The notes under the pieces: model-generated | The model's database searches: none | Seen by the model: only the letters and a program-made list of their open reading frames with translations | Told to the model about the DNA's origin: nothing | Source of the DNA: an uncultured bacterium | GTDB taxonomy: Bacteria; CSSED10-310; CAZUFC01 | NCBI GenBank assembly: GCA_964619725.1 | Contig: CAZUFC010000013.1 | Coordinates: 32,001 to 96,000, forward strand | DNA length: 64,000 bases | Direction: 5' to 3' | Position numbers and translations under genes: made by a program | Part shown: in pieces, positions 39,197-48,834 of the stretch | Numbering within the stretch: the stretch's first letter is position 1 | Layout: each line of letters starts with the position of its first letter

Positions 39197-39886
39197 GTGA
39201 AAACATTCATTGTCGGATTATTCATTGCGGCTTTGTTCTTCCTGACAGGAGGAGCTGGAGAGGTTTCAGCCTGGGGAACCGGCGGATGCTTTGACGCACC
39301 CGGATTGCACATTCACCGGGATATGGCGCTGAGAGTAATTGACAGTCCGGACATTAACTGGGCTTTATGGTGGTTTGATCTGGATGCCGAAAGTATAGCG
39401 TATTATGCTGCTACAGAACCTCAATGCCATGTCGGCTATCATCCGAGCTGGACTCATTTGCGCGATCTGGCGCATCTGAATTGGGGATGGCCGTCTGATA
39501 TGCTGGTCGGCGTTATTCTTCATACGGCATCGGATGCAGGCGTAGGCGCATGCCACTGTCCCGCCTGCGAAGTATGGTGTCATGATTGGGCGGAAATTCT
39601 TTTTGAAGGAACGGCTGAAGCCAGAAGCGTACCTTCCTTGACAGGGGCTCTCACGGGTTCCTACTCCGCGCGTATGCAGCATTTTCGAAACGTTCAAAAG
39701 TCCCTGACCTCCAGCTTCAAACGATGGTTCAAAAGAACCTGGTACTGTAGAATATACTGTGATCCCTGGCACTGGTCGAGGCAGGGAGAGATAAATGGTA
39801 TGAGGCTGGCGCATACGGCTTTATTGAGTTATTTCTGCGAATACGCCGATTGGGCAGCGGATGAATGCGATCAGCTTTTTGAATAA
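39197..39886 (+). CDS. Secreted Cys/Trp-rich protein, possible Zn-dependent phospholipase C / P1-nuclease fold
   Basis: AAGGAGG SD then GTG 39197. Signal peptide ends VSA|W; H...HxxxD...H...H..E pattern follows. Confidence 0.5.
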   Translation: MKTFIVGLFIAALFFLTGGAGEVSAWGTGGCFDAPGLHIHRDMALRVIDSPDINWALWWFDLDAESIAYYAATEPQCHVGYHPSWTHLRDLAHLNWGWPSDMLVGVILHTASDAGVGACHCPACEVWCHDWAEILFEGTAEARSVPSLTGALTGSYSARMQHFRNVQKSLTSSFKRWFKRTWYCRIYCDPWHWSRQGEINGMRLAHTALLSYFCEYADWAADECDQLFE

Positions 39887-40033
39887 GCTTCACGTTTATC
39901 TGCCGACACATTCGAAGACATCCTAATTCAGTAAATAACAGGCTGAATTTCACAGATTATGAACTGAGGCGCGACTCCTGCGTCCGGTTATTCTTTCGGA
40001 TATTAATCTTCCTGTCATATTCGGAGGATATGA

Positions 40034-41608
40034 TTGATGACTGCTTTTTCTGAGGACCTATTAAAAGATTCGGCGCGGCTGTTACTAATCATGGCCGTTT
40101 TATTATCCTGGCCGGCGGTTTGTAATGCGGGCGGTTCGGCCTCCTCGAAGAAAACGGAATATAAGGGCTGGATACATATTTACAATCGATCCGATGAATT
40201 CGACTCACCCCTGGATGGATACGATTTTTCCGAATATCATTACAACAATGTAACTTTTGAAGCGGCGACCGTTTTCGGAAGCGCCGGGGAACGGCAGGTC
40301 GAATGGATTTCGATAAAGAAGGGCGAACGTATGGTTTATTATGCCGAATCCAACGTCTTGAAGGTTTTCAGCCTCTCGAAAAAAGAAGAAGAATGGGCCA
40401 AGGATTCAGGCTCGGAATACAAAGAACCTCCGACGACATTAAAAGCGCTTCAAGAGTCCAACGAGTTAAAAAAGGATAACTTCACAAGAGAGGAAACGGA
40501 AGAGGGTGACGGCTTCTTGCTTTATATTCTGGATGTTGAGGGATATGGAGAGCGTGAGTGTATCGACTGCCCCGATAGCCCGGATACGTTAAAAGTATGG
40601 GTCGATCCTGAAACGCTTCTGATACGCAGGATTCAAAATTCAGGTTCTCAGAAAGGCGAACTCATTTTCGAGTATGGTGAGCCTCACTTTTCCGGCATTT
40701 TTGACCTGGATGTTCCTGAAGACGCGCAAATGCGCGATTATCGCATGAGTCCCCGTGCGGAAAATATTGTCGAACGAATAAACGGAAGAGCACGTAAAGG
40801 GTTGGGCGATTTGACGGCTATGCTTCTTGAATCGACGATCAACGGAGATCAAAAGCCGAAGCCTCGCTCATTAATTATCTTCTCGCGCCGGGGTGAAGCT
40901 GTTCTGTATTACAAGTATTCTCTCAGAAACGGCGATGTCGATATGGAACAGATACACGGCTTGAATTCCGGAATAAAAGAAGCTGTTGATATTTCTTCTG
41001 CAGTAAATGCTCTTGAAAATGTGAAACCTGTATATTACTGCGTCACAGACAGCTTGACGGTCTGGGAAGGCGTTTTCGAGAAAAAATTCGATTCGGTCGC
41101 TTCTCGATCCGGAGAATCACGTTATCAATTCAAAGAAAAAGGATTTCCTTTCCCCAGGACTCTTGCCGCAAAATTATGGCCGGCCGAACAACTGCAAATT
41201 TTTCTCGACGACGGGTGGAACGTGGAAACTGTAAATGAAAACGAATCATCGGATTTAATCGGATTGGCTTTCAAAGAACCCGTCCCGGAAGGCAGAGAAG
41301 ATGAGACGACGAAAAAATCATTACATGTCGAACACATTTATAAATTTGACCTGAAAAAAGATGATCTGCCCGTTGAAATAATCGATAGAAGCTATTCCGG
41401 CGAAAAGATAAAAACAGTATTCCGCACCGTAAGCAGTACTTTTGAAAATTTGCCGAACGGTCTATTTTATCCGGCATATTGGGAAACGACTGCTGCTTTT
41501 TTCAGTAAAGGGAAACAGGCGAGAAAAATGAAAAGAACCTATCACCTCATCGTCGATCCTGATTTCAAGATGGTTGATGAATGGTTCGTCAGTCCGTCAT
41601 TGAAATAA
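40034..41608 (+). CDS. Hypothetical exported protein
   Basis: 524-aa ORF with GGAGG SD and signal peptide. Beta-rich; the VWVDPET..I segment is reminiscent of LolA-like folds. Confidence 0.6.
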   Translation: MMTAFSEDLLKDSARLLLIMAVLLSWPAVCNAGGSASSKKTEYKGWIHIYNRSDEFDSPLDGYDFSEYHYNNVTFEAATVFGSAGERQVEWISIKKGERMVYYAESNVLKVFSLSKKEEEWAKDSGSEYKEPPTTLKALQESNELKKDNFTREETEEGDGFLLYILDVEGYGERECIDCPDSPDTLKVWVDPETLLIRRIQNSGSQKGELIFEYGEPHFSGIFDLDVPEDAQMRDYRMSPRAENIVERINGRARKGLGDLTAMLLESTINGDQKPKPRSLIIFSRRGEAVLYYKYSLRNGDVDMEQIHGLNSGIKEAVDISSAVNALENVKPVYYCVTDSLTVWEGVFEKKFDSVASRSGESRYQFKEKGFPFPRTLAAKLWPAEQLQIFLDDGWNVETVNENESSDLIGLAFKEPVPEGREDETTKKSLHVEHIYKFDLKKDDLPVEIIDRSYSGEKIKTVFRTVSSTFENLPNGLFYPAYWETTAAFFSKGKQARKMKRTYHLIVDPDFKMVDEWFVSPSLK

Positions 41609-41619
41609 GTTTTATGTGA

Positions 41620-42645
41620 TTAATCCGTGGAATGAGACATCAGAAAATCTCTGAATTCATGCCACTCGTGATTTTGGAGGTAGTCTCTTATCATTCTGAA
41701 ACCGCCGCCGTAAATCGGATCAGTATTTTCCGATTTACGTTCATTTAAATGGCTGTTCCCGTAAAGCTCATTCACCACCGATGCCGAAAATTCCGCAAAT
41801 CCTTCGTTAATTTTAGGATCAGAAATGTTCGGATATTCGGCGGACATCCAGTCGTGGGCTAATTCATGAGCGCAGGTGTCAATGAAGAATTCGACGGGTA
41901 ATCCTTCGAGTATATAAATGAAATATTCCGAATGAACGGTTTTTGATTCGTCGACCGATTTTTCCAGGCCGAAGATGGATTTCCAGATTTTCCTTACTGT
42001 TTTGCTGGTCGTTTTACAGACGAATAGACCGTTTTCCCGGTCCGATCCGCTTCCCGACAAATTCGAAAGTTTATCCAGTGAAACCAGATCAAAATTAATC
42101 TTGTGGTCTGTGCTCATGCTTAATCTTCTCTTCATTTTATTTCTTATTTCATCAAAGAGGTTGCGTGCGATCGTTTTATTCGTAACCGTTCTTTTTCGGC
42201 AATCCGGGCAAATTTTGCGGCCGTCGGAATAGGTGATCGAACCCTCTGGAAGTCCGCAATACAGGCATCTGGGTTGAGCCGCATGATGCCGGCAATAAAC
42301 GTTGCCGTTAATTTCGATCCATGATTCCAGGGTTTTACCGCAAATTTTACATTGGGGCAGCGATTTTTCATAACATTTGCGGCATAGTATTCTTCCGTCC
42401 GAAGTCACAAGCCAGCTTTTCATTTTTTTACCGCACCCGGCGCACCGCGGCAGAGTGTTTTCGAAACAAGCTTTGGAACAATAGACGTGACCGTCTGAGG
42501 TATAATAAGTTTCGCTGATTTTACGTCCGCAGGCGTCGCATTTGAGGAAATCGTCGGCCGAAATGGTCGTGGCGGAGAAAAAGTAAAGCAGTAAAGCAAC
42601 GAAAATTACGATCAGCGAAAAAAATGATTTTTTTGAAGTCGCCAT
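41620..42645 (-). CDS. Secreted LIM-like zinc-finger protein with DA1-type zinc metallopeptidase domain
   Basis: Signal peptide, four tandem CxxC-x15..16-Cxx(x)C/H units, then HELAH and a downstream EGFAE. Confidence 0.75.
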   Translation of the reverse strand: MATSKKSFFSLIVIFVALLLYFFSATTISADDFLKCDACGRKISETYYTSDGHVYCSKACFENTLPRCAGCGKKMKSWLVTSDGRILCRKCYEKSLPQCKICGKTLESWIEINGNVYCRHHAAQPRCLYCGLPEGSITYSDGRKICPDCRKRTVTNKTIARNLFDEIRNKMKRRLSMSTDHKINFDLVSLDKLSNLSGSGSDRENGLFVCKTTSKTVRKIWKSIFGLEKSVDESKTVHSEYFIYILEGLPVEFFIDTCAHELAHDWMSAEYPNISDPKINEGFAEFSASVVNELYGNSHLNERKSENTDPIYGGGFRMIRDYLQNHEWHEFRDFLMSHSTD

Positions 42646-43095
42646 AACGTCCTTCCTCCCTCATCATTTTTGCACTTCGGATGATCAAAGTCAAAATATT
42701 GAATTCAGGCAAGAGGAGAACGGATTTAATTAAAGGAGAATGAGACGGTGTTTTGTGGAATTTCGGCATTGATCAAGTATCCGTGTTTCGGAGTTAAAAT
42801 TTTTACAGCCTAGAAAATCTGATAAAGACAAAGACATCTCCTCGTAATTATTTATTCCGATTTATGATACCGATCCGTGTAACGAAACAAACGGCTCTCG
42901 ATGAAAAAACAGGGGTGAGATCGTCAAACGGATAATTGTGGGGCAGGGTTAGTTTCTGAATTGGGATTTTAATCAGTCAATTATTTTAGGAAACAGCGTA
43001 CCAGCTCGGTTTGATCATTCACCGAATTTACATCTTGACATGAAAGATGGGATACAATAAAAAAATCAGGGCAAAAGCATTATCTTGCAGAAAGG

Positions 43096-44208
43096 ATGAA
43101 AATGGCTGTACCTTTTTTTAATCTTAACAGACAGTATGAAAAAATAGGACATGAGCTTGAGAAAGCCTTATTGGAAACGGCAAGCAGCGGAATGTACATT
43201 CTGGGAAAAAACGTGACGGGCTTGGAACAAGAAATGGCTGAATACTGCGGAACGAAATATGCGGTAGGCGCAGCATCGGGTACTGATGCGCTGATTTTGG
43301 CTCTGAAAGCGCTCGGCATCGGAAAGGGTGATGAGGTGATAACGACTCCATACTCTTTTTTTGCAACCGCGAGTTGCATTTACAGAATAGGAGCGCGACC
43401 GACGTTTGCCGATATAGAGCCCGATACTTATAATATAAATCCTGATGAAGTAAGGAAAAAAATTACTAAGAAAACTCGTGCCGTAATCCCTGTTCATCTA
43501 TTCGGATTGCCTGCTGATATGGATGAATTGAATGCAATCTCAAATGAATTTGATATCCCAATTGTAGAAGATGCCGCCCAGGCAATCGGAGCTGAATACA
43601 AAAACAAAAAAGTGGGTTCTTTCGGGAAGGCAGGCTGTTTCAGCTATTTTCCCACGAAGAACCTGGGAGGTATGGGAGACGGGGGGATCGTCACAACAAA
43701 CGACGAAAAAATTAAAGAAGAAGCGGCCAAATTGCGCGTACACGGCGGAGGCAGTTCTTACATTCATGAGAAAATCGGTTTGAACAGTCGATTAGATGAA
43801 ATTCAGGCCGCTGTCATTCGCGTTAAAATGAAATATCTGACGATGTGGAAAGAGGCTCGTTTTCAAAACGCCATGAAGTATTCCGAGCTTCTGGCGAACT
43901 TGCCTGAGGTCGTTCTCCCCGCAGAAAAAACAGACCGGCAATGCGTTTTCAACCAGTTCGTCATCAGAATCAAGGAAAAACGGGATGCTCTAATGGAGAA
44001 ACTCAAACAGCAGAAAATCGGATGCAATATTTATTATCCTTTGCCTTTGCATCAGCAGCCGTGTTTCCGTTATTTGAATTACGCTGCAGGAGATTTCCCG
44101 GAATCTGAAAAAGCATCTAAGGAAACTCTGGCCTTACCTGTGTTTCCCGAGCTTATGGATGAGGAGATAAATGAAACGGCACAGGCAATAATTCGATTTT
44201 TTGAGTAA
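43096..44208 (+). CDS. DegT/DnrJ/EryC1/StrS family PLP-dependent aminotransferase
   Basis: SGTDAL, GDEVIT, PVHLFG, EDAAQA.G, SYFPTKNLG..GDGG, NSRLDEIQAA. Confidence 0.95.
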   Translation: MKMAVPFFNLNRQYEKIGHELEKALLETASSGMYILGKNVTGLEQEMAEYCGTKYAVGAASGTDALILALKALGIGKGDEVITTPYSFFATASCIYRIGARPTFADIEPDTYNINPDEVRKKITKKTRAVIPVHLFGLPADMDELNAISNEFDIPIVEDAAQAIGAEYKNKKVGSFGKAGCFSYFPTKNLGGMGDGGIVTTNDEKIKEEAAKLRVHGGGSSYIHEKIGLNSRLDEIQAAVIRVKMKYLTMWKEARFQNAMKYSELLANLPEVVLPAEKTDRQCVFNQFVIRIKEKRDALMEKLKQQKIGCNIYYPLPLHQQPCFRYLNYAAGDFPESEKASKETLALPVFPELMDEEINETAQAIIRFFE

Positions 44209-44237
44209 AATTGAAACTTTGAATCGGAGGTTGAGGA

Positions 44238-45083
44238 ATGAAAAATTGGAATTTTGCCGCATATGTGGCTTTGTTTATTATGGGAACCTTCTTTTTTTCC
44301 GGTTGCGGTGAGAAATGGCCTGAAAACAATGAAACATGGGCCGAGAACACTTACATCACTGAGGGCAAAATAGAAATCGCTCACTACCACGGACAAACTA
44401 TGCTCAATAATGAATTAAAAAAATATGAGATGCTGACCGCCGTCCATCTGACCGGTTTCCAGCAGGACAGCGCTGTTGCCGCACCCGCACGCGACGAATC
44501 CAAGCTTAAAGTTCTCAGGCTATCTCAATTCTTTTCCATTCCAGATAAAATCCGGGATTCAAACTATAATCTGGTCATTTCAGCAGACCCGGGCAATCCT
44601 TTCAAAATGCTCCGGGCGACCTTTTCACTCCAATCAAACAAAGGAAACCTATTTAAATTGTTTGAAAACGGATCGGAAAAAGGTCGACTGAAATTTTTCA
44701 CAGACTATCCGTTGACCAAGCTCGCAAAAATAAATTGGGAAACCGAAAAAGATAAGGTTCTTCTGGACCTGCTGCCTTTGAGCCTCAGGTCGTTGCGTTT
44801 CGATCAGGAAAAAAGTTCCTCTTTCGATTTAACCGTCATTTCGTCTCTCATGGATTGCAAACTGCATCCTCCGACTCTTATGGATGTTGAACTGCAAGTT
44901 ACGAACAAAGAAAGCATAACGACGGGACTGGGCGCTAAAAATGCCTGGAGAGTTAGAATGGCTGCGGAGGAAGTGGAGTGGCAATATTGGTTTGAAGACA
45001 AGGCGCCTTATGTATTGCTGCAGGCTAGATCGAATAAAAACGATCAATGGTTGCTGAAGGACCTCAAGATAATCGAAAACTAA
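44238..45083 (+). CDS. Hypothetical lipoprotein
   Basis: GGAGG SD, lipobox FSGC, 281 aa. Confidence 0.65.
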   Translation: MKNWNFAAYVALFIMGTFFFSGCGEKWPENNETWAENTYITEGKIEIAHYHGQTMLNNELKKYEMLTAVHLTGFQQDSAVAAPARDESKLKVLRLSQFFSIPDKIRDSNYNLVISADPGNPFKMLRATFSLQSNKGNLFKLFENGSEKGRLKFFTDYPLTKLAKINWETEKDKVLLDLLPLSLRSLRFDQEKSSSFDLTVISSLMDCKLHPPTLMDVELQVTNKESITTGLGAKNAWRVRMAAEEVEWQYWFEDKAPYVLLQARSNKNDQWLLKDLKIIEN

Positions 45084-45153
45084 AAATGCTCTTTTGGCTT
45101 GAATTGCTTTGTTGATGATGTTATGATCGGTTATTCCATCGGGCGTTTCGCCG

Positions 45154-45427
45154 ATGGACGAACAGGTGAAAGGAGGGGGCAGTTTCGAATATCTTCCTGG
45201 GTCCGGCCAAATATTTAACGCTCGGGCTTGAAATTGTCGCTTCCACTGCAATAGGCCTTTTTTTAGGCCTTTACCTTGATTCAAAATTTGGGACCGAACC
45301 ATGGATGATGATCGTTTTTCTGATTTTTGGAATTGCCGCAGGTTTCTTGAGTTTGTTCAGAGCCGGCAGAATCGACGCCGAAGGAATAAAGCTTGACGAT
45401 GCCCCGGAAAAAAAGAAATTCGAATAA
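45154..45427 (+). CDS. atpZ: AtpZ (ATP synthase protein I, 2-TM type); 5' end frameshifted or non-canonical start; not in the ORF track
   Basis: Frame 45170-45427 encodes KYLTLGLEIVASTAIGLFLGLYLDSKFGTEPWMMIVFLIFGIAAGFLSLFR but has an in-frame TGA at 45167. ATG 45154 is in another frame. Confidence 0.75.
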
Positions 45428-45431
45428 CAGT

Positions 45432-45803
45432 ATGATTCCTGTTTTCAGAAACGCGCTTCTTATCGGAATCATCGCATCCTTTGTAGGACTGCTTATTTCA
45501 AGCTCGATTTTCTGGGGGATGCTGACCGGCGCCATTGTCGCTTTAGCTAATCTTGTTTCGGTCAATTTCCTCGTCAAAAGAATTGCGACTCCTGAAAAAA
45601 TAAAAAAACTCAAGTTGAAAATTTTCGGTGTTCTTATCTCCAAACTCCTTCTCATCGGATTGATCTTCTATTTCTTTCTCGTAATAGCCAAAATCAGTCC
45701 ATTGGGCCTCTTTGCAGGATTGACCGTAGTCCTTGCAGCCTTTATGATTCAGGCCGGCTTTTTTCATCCCAACAGATTATCGGATGAACCTCTTCAACGA
45801 TGA
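45432..45803 (+). CDS. atpI: ATP synthase subunit I (4-TM type)
   Basis: Hydrophobic protein with G...GA..A..N and K..L..P.G...G motifs, located between atpZ and atpB. Confidence 0.8.
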   Translation: MIPVFRNALLIGIIASFVGLLISSSIFWGMLTGAIVALANLVSVNFLVKRIATPEKIKKLKLKIFGVLISKLLLIGLIFYFFLVIAKISPLGLFAGLTVVLAAFMIQAGFFHPNRLSDEPLQR

Positions 45804-45818
45804 TAAACGGACGTTAAA

Positions 45819-46556
45819 ATGGAAGGCATTGCTCATACACTATGGATTACCGAAAAAGTTAATCAGGTCCTGGGCGGTCCCGCCTCAGCGCTGCTGACTG
45901 CTTTGGGCATTCAACATGATACGGCGACTCCGTTGCCCCAGCACCTCATCATCACCTGGGAAATAATAATTATCCTGACCATACTGGCGTATGTCTCTTC
46001 AAAAAGAATTTCCCTCATACCCAAAAAATTACAACATGTCTGGGAATTATTCGCTCAGGTCATTCTGCAATTGCTTCGGTCTGTACTAGGACCAAAAGGA
46101 GATAAATATTTTTCCCTGATTGCTTCTATGGCATTGTTCATCCTTATCGGTAATCTGATGGGCTTGTTTCCCTTCAGTTCTTCTCCCACCGCCAACCTCA
46201 ACACCACTGTCGCATGCGCATTGATCATATTCTTCTACTACCACTTCCAGGGCATAAAGGAACTCGGCTTGAAAAAATACTTGAAACACTTCATGGGACC
46301 TTCTCTCATCGCTGCGCCTTTCTTGATTCCCATAGAAACCATCAGTCATTGTTCGAGAGTGCTCAGTCTGTCCGTTAGACTATTCGGAAATATCATGGGC
46401 GAAGATATCGTCATTATCATTATTTTTTCTCTGGCTCCACTGCTGGCGCCCGTTCCCATGATGGCTTTCGCCATCTTTACCTCCATTCTTCAGGCGTTCA
46501 TTTTTATCATGCTCTCCATCATGTACCTCGCAGGAGCCGTCAGCCAGGAACATTAA
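45819..46556 (+). CDS. atpB: F0F1 ATP synthase subunit a
   Basis: P..LQ...E, N..GL.P, PTANLN, IE.ISH.SR.LSLSVRLFGNI, LQAFIF..L...Y. Confidence 0.97.
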   Translation: MEGIAHTLWITEKVNQVLGGPASALLTALGIQHDTATPLPQHLIITWEIIIILTILAYVSSKRISLIPKKLQHVWELFAQVILQLLRSVLGPKGDKYFSLIASMALFILIGNLMGLFPFSSSPTANLNTTVACALIIFFYYHFQGIKELGLKKYLKHFMGPSLIAAPFLIPIETISHCSRVLSLSVRLFGNIMGEDIVIIIIFSLAPLLAPVPMMAFAIFTSILQAFIFIMLSIMYLAGAVSQEH

Positions 46557-46620
46557 AGGATTATTCATTGAAAGGAATAAGATTTAAAATCAATTTTTGG
46601 AACTTCAAGGGAGGAATCTG

Positions 46621-46992
46621 ATGTTAAAAGGACTGTCGATTTTCACGTTAGCTTTAGTTTTCTTGTTCATTACAGCAGCCCCCATCGCCGCTCAAGAAGC
46701 TCATTCAAGTGCGGAATCAGAATCGGCTATGGACCCCAAAACACTCTACTTTATTGTCGTTGTCGTCGTGGCAAGCGTATGTATGATGCTGGCCTCTTCC
46801 ATGGCTATCCTGGGACAGAGCAGAGCTTTGATTACCGCAATCAAAGCAATCTCTAGACAACCCAACGCTCTTGCCGGCATTCAGACCAATCTGATCATCG
46901 GGCTCGCTCTGATAGAATCACTTGCTATTTATGTACTGCTCATCGCTCTGATTCTCTTCTTCGTGAATCCTTTTACGGAATACCTGGTCTGA
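46621..46992 (+). CDS. atpE: F0F1 ATP synthase subunit c with signal-like N-terminal extension
   Basis: RQP loop and IGLALIESLAIY. GGAGG SD before ATG 46621. Confidence 0.92.
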   Translation: MLKGLSIFTLALVFLFITAAPIAAQEAHSSAESESAMDPKTLYFIVVVVVASVCMMLASSMAILGQSRALITAIKAISRQPNALAGIQTNLIIGLALIESLAIYVLLIALILFFVNPFTEYLV

Positions 46993-47516
46993 TCTGAACA
47001 TCTTTCTCGATACATTAAAATATTCGCTTTCCTGGGTTTCAGTTTACCCCAATTTACAACCGGCTTAGAAGTTTTGACTGTAGAGGCCTGGCGAACTGCA
47101 GTGAATTTTGCGCATCTGAGTACAAAAATGACGGCAAGAAAGGCATTTCAAAAGTCTATTTAATAATCCTGCGTTCTCTGAGGGAATTCGGATTGCAGGA
47201 TTTCTAAGCGGCAAACACATGAAATTTTCTCAGTAGTATTGCAATGCGCTGGTTATGACTTGAAAAAGCCCGGCGGCTAATTCGGGGTAGCAAAAAGAGA
47301 TTGATCGAACCGGTAGAATAATTATTACGAAGTGCTGGATCACTAATAATAAATGTTTTGAAATAACCGTTAATGAGCAAAGAATTCATTCGCAGCGGTT
47401 CGGTCATGGAGGGCTTCGCATAACCTTTCGCAATAATATCCCGGGCGGTAAAAGCGTCTGCCGCACAACCGGCGAAAAAATGATTTTTCTATAAAAAAAC
47501 GACGGCTATTTTTTTC

Positions 47517-47545
47517 TTGACATTCACAATAGCATTAGGAATAAT
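47517..47545 (+). promoter_or_regulatory. Putative sigma70 promoter
   Basis: TTGACA-17 nt-AATAAT preceded by a T tract, about 210 nt before ATG 47756. Confidence 0.5.
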
Positions 47546-47755
47546 AAGAGAGTGTTACTTTCCTTACTGATGGAATAAGGATTCAAGTAACGGATTTGCT
47601 TAGGAAGCTCAGGAAGAATTGTAAAACCGATTTTGGTTAGCTAATGAAAGATATTTATAGAAACGCATGGATTCAAATGAGCTAGGCAGAGTGATTTTAT
47701 GAAAATTGCTTTATTGATGAAATTTTTTTTTACAGAAGGGAGTTGAGTAATTATA

Positions 47756-48511
47756 ATGCCTAAAGAAAAGGATATGGTCGATTTTATGCTTTATCTTTTA
47801 TCCGCCGGCAACTTTGTCCAGGAACAGAGCATCCCAACACACAAGGACAGGTTGTACAACACTTTCGGAAAGACTTTTCTAAGAGGGATCAAATCGCTTT
47901 CGGTCCTTTCAGGAGCTGCAGCCGATGCCCTGGCAGCCCAAAGGAATAGAGAGGAAGTGAAACAGAAACCAGAAGAGGAAAAAATAACGCCTCGTATACA
48001 ATATACCCCACAGGTCGTCGAAAAAGAACCCAGACCGGCGCCTTCTTACGATTATTCACCGCCGGAAAAAATGACGATACCCGATACTCAAAAAGAAGAA
48101 CCGGTCCCAGTGAGACCTCAGAAGCCTTTTGTACGAGTTCGCAAGCACAATAGAGACGAGTCCCGGAAGAAAACAACGGACACGACCTCAGAGACCTTCG
48201 ATGCGACGGAAAATGAGGAGCAGCAGATCACCGCAGTTCAGAGTCCTCCTCAGGATGATGTGCAGAAGAAGCCGGCTGCTGAAGTCCCACAGGAGCAATT
48301 CTACAAGATCAAGGAAAACGAAGCGGAAAACAATGACAGAGAGCCTGCCATATCAGGTGAAACATTCGAAAAGATCAGGGAAGAGGAAAAAGAAAAACTT
48401 AAAGAAAAATATCCTCATCTCCAGGATAAAGATTGGAACCGGGGATTGTGGAAGACCTGGCTTGATTTAGCCGTAAAAAACAGAATCGACGAAATGAAAG
48501 CGAAAAGCTGA
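47756..48511 (+). CDS. Hypothetical protein with long P/E/K/Q-rich disordered centre
   Basis: 251 aa, AAGGGGAG SD, helical-looking termini. Confidence 0.7.
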   Translation: MPKEKDMVDFMLYLLSAGNFVQEQSIPTHKDRLYNTFGKTFLRGIKSLSVLSGAAADALAAQRNREEVKQKPEEEKITPRIQYTPQVVEKEPRPAPSYDYSPPEKMTIPDTQKEEPVPVRPQKPFVRVRKHNRDESRKKTTDTTSETFDATENEEQQITAVQSPPQDDVQKKPAAEVPQEQFYKIKENEAENNDREPAISGETFEKIREEEKEKLKEKYPHLQDKDWNRGLWKTWLDLAVKNRIDEMKAKS

Positions 48512-48834
48512 ATCCCTTTGTTTTTTTAATGGGCGTAAACAAAAAACTTCATCGCCATTTTCATCTATGAACTGATTTGTTTTTGTTTATTAAAAGTGAG
48601 ATAAAGTGATTGGGAATTTCTTTTGTTGAATCTGAATGAGAAGCCTGTTATATCAGATTTTATGTTATTATATTATTTTATTTGTTAATTTTTGTCCACA
48701 TAAACGGCGAATTTTCCCCAATACTGAGTCAGTCTTCGGATTTGCTCAGTCAAAGTATAAGCGCCGCCCCTGCCTCGCAAATCCTTACCATCCTTGTCTT
48801 AAGAAAAATTCGCTCGTTTATGGATCAAAAACCG

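Noticed and set aside
43035-43058. TTGACA...TACAAT upstream of the DegT-family gene
   Set aside because: The spacer is only 12 nt, so these two hexamers cannot be called as one sigma70 promoter.
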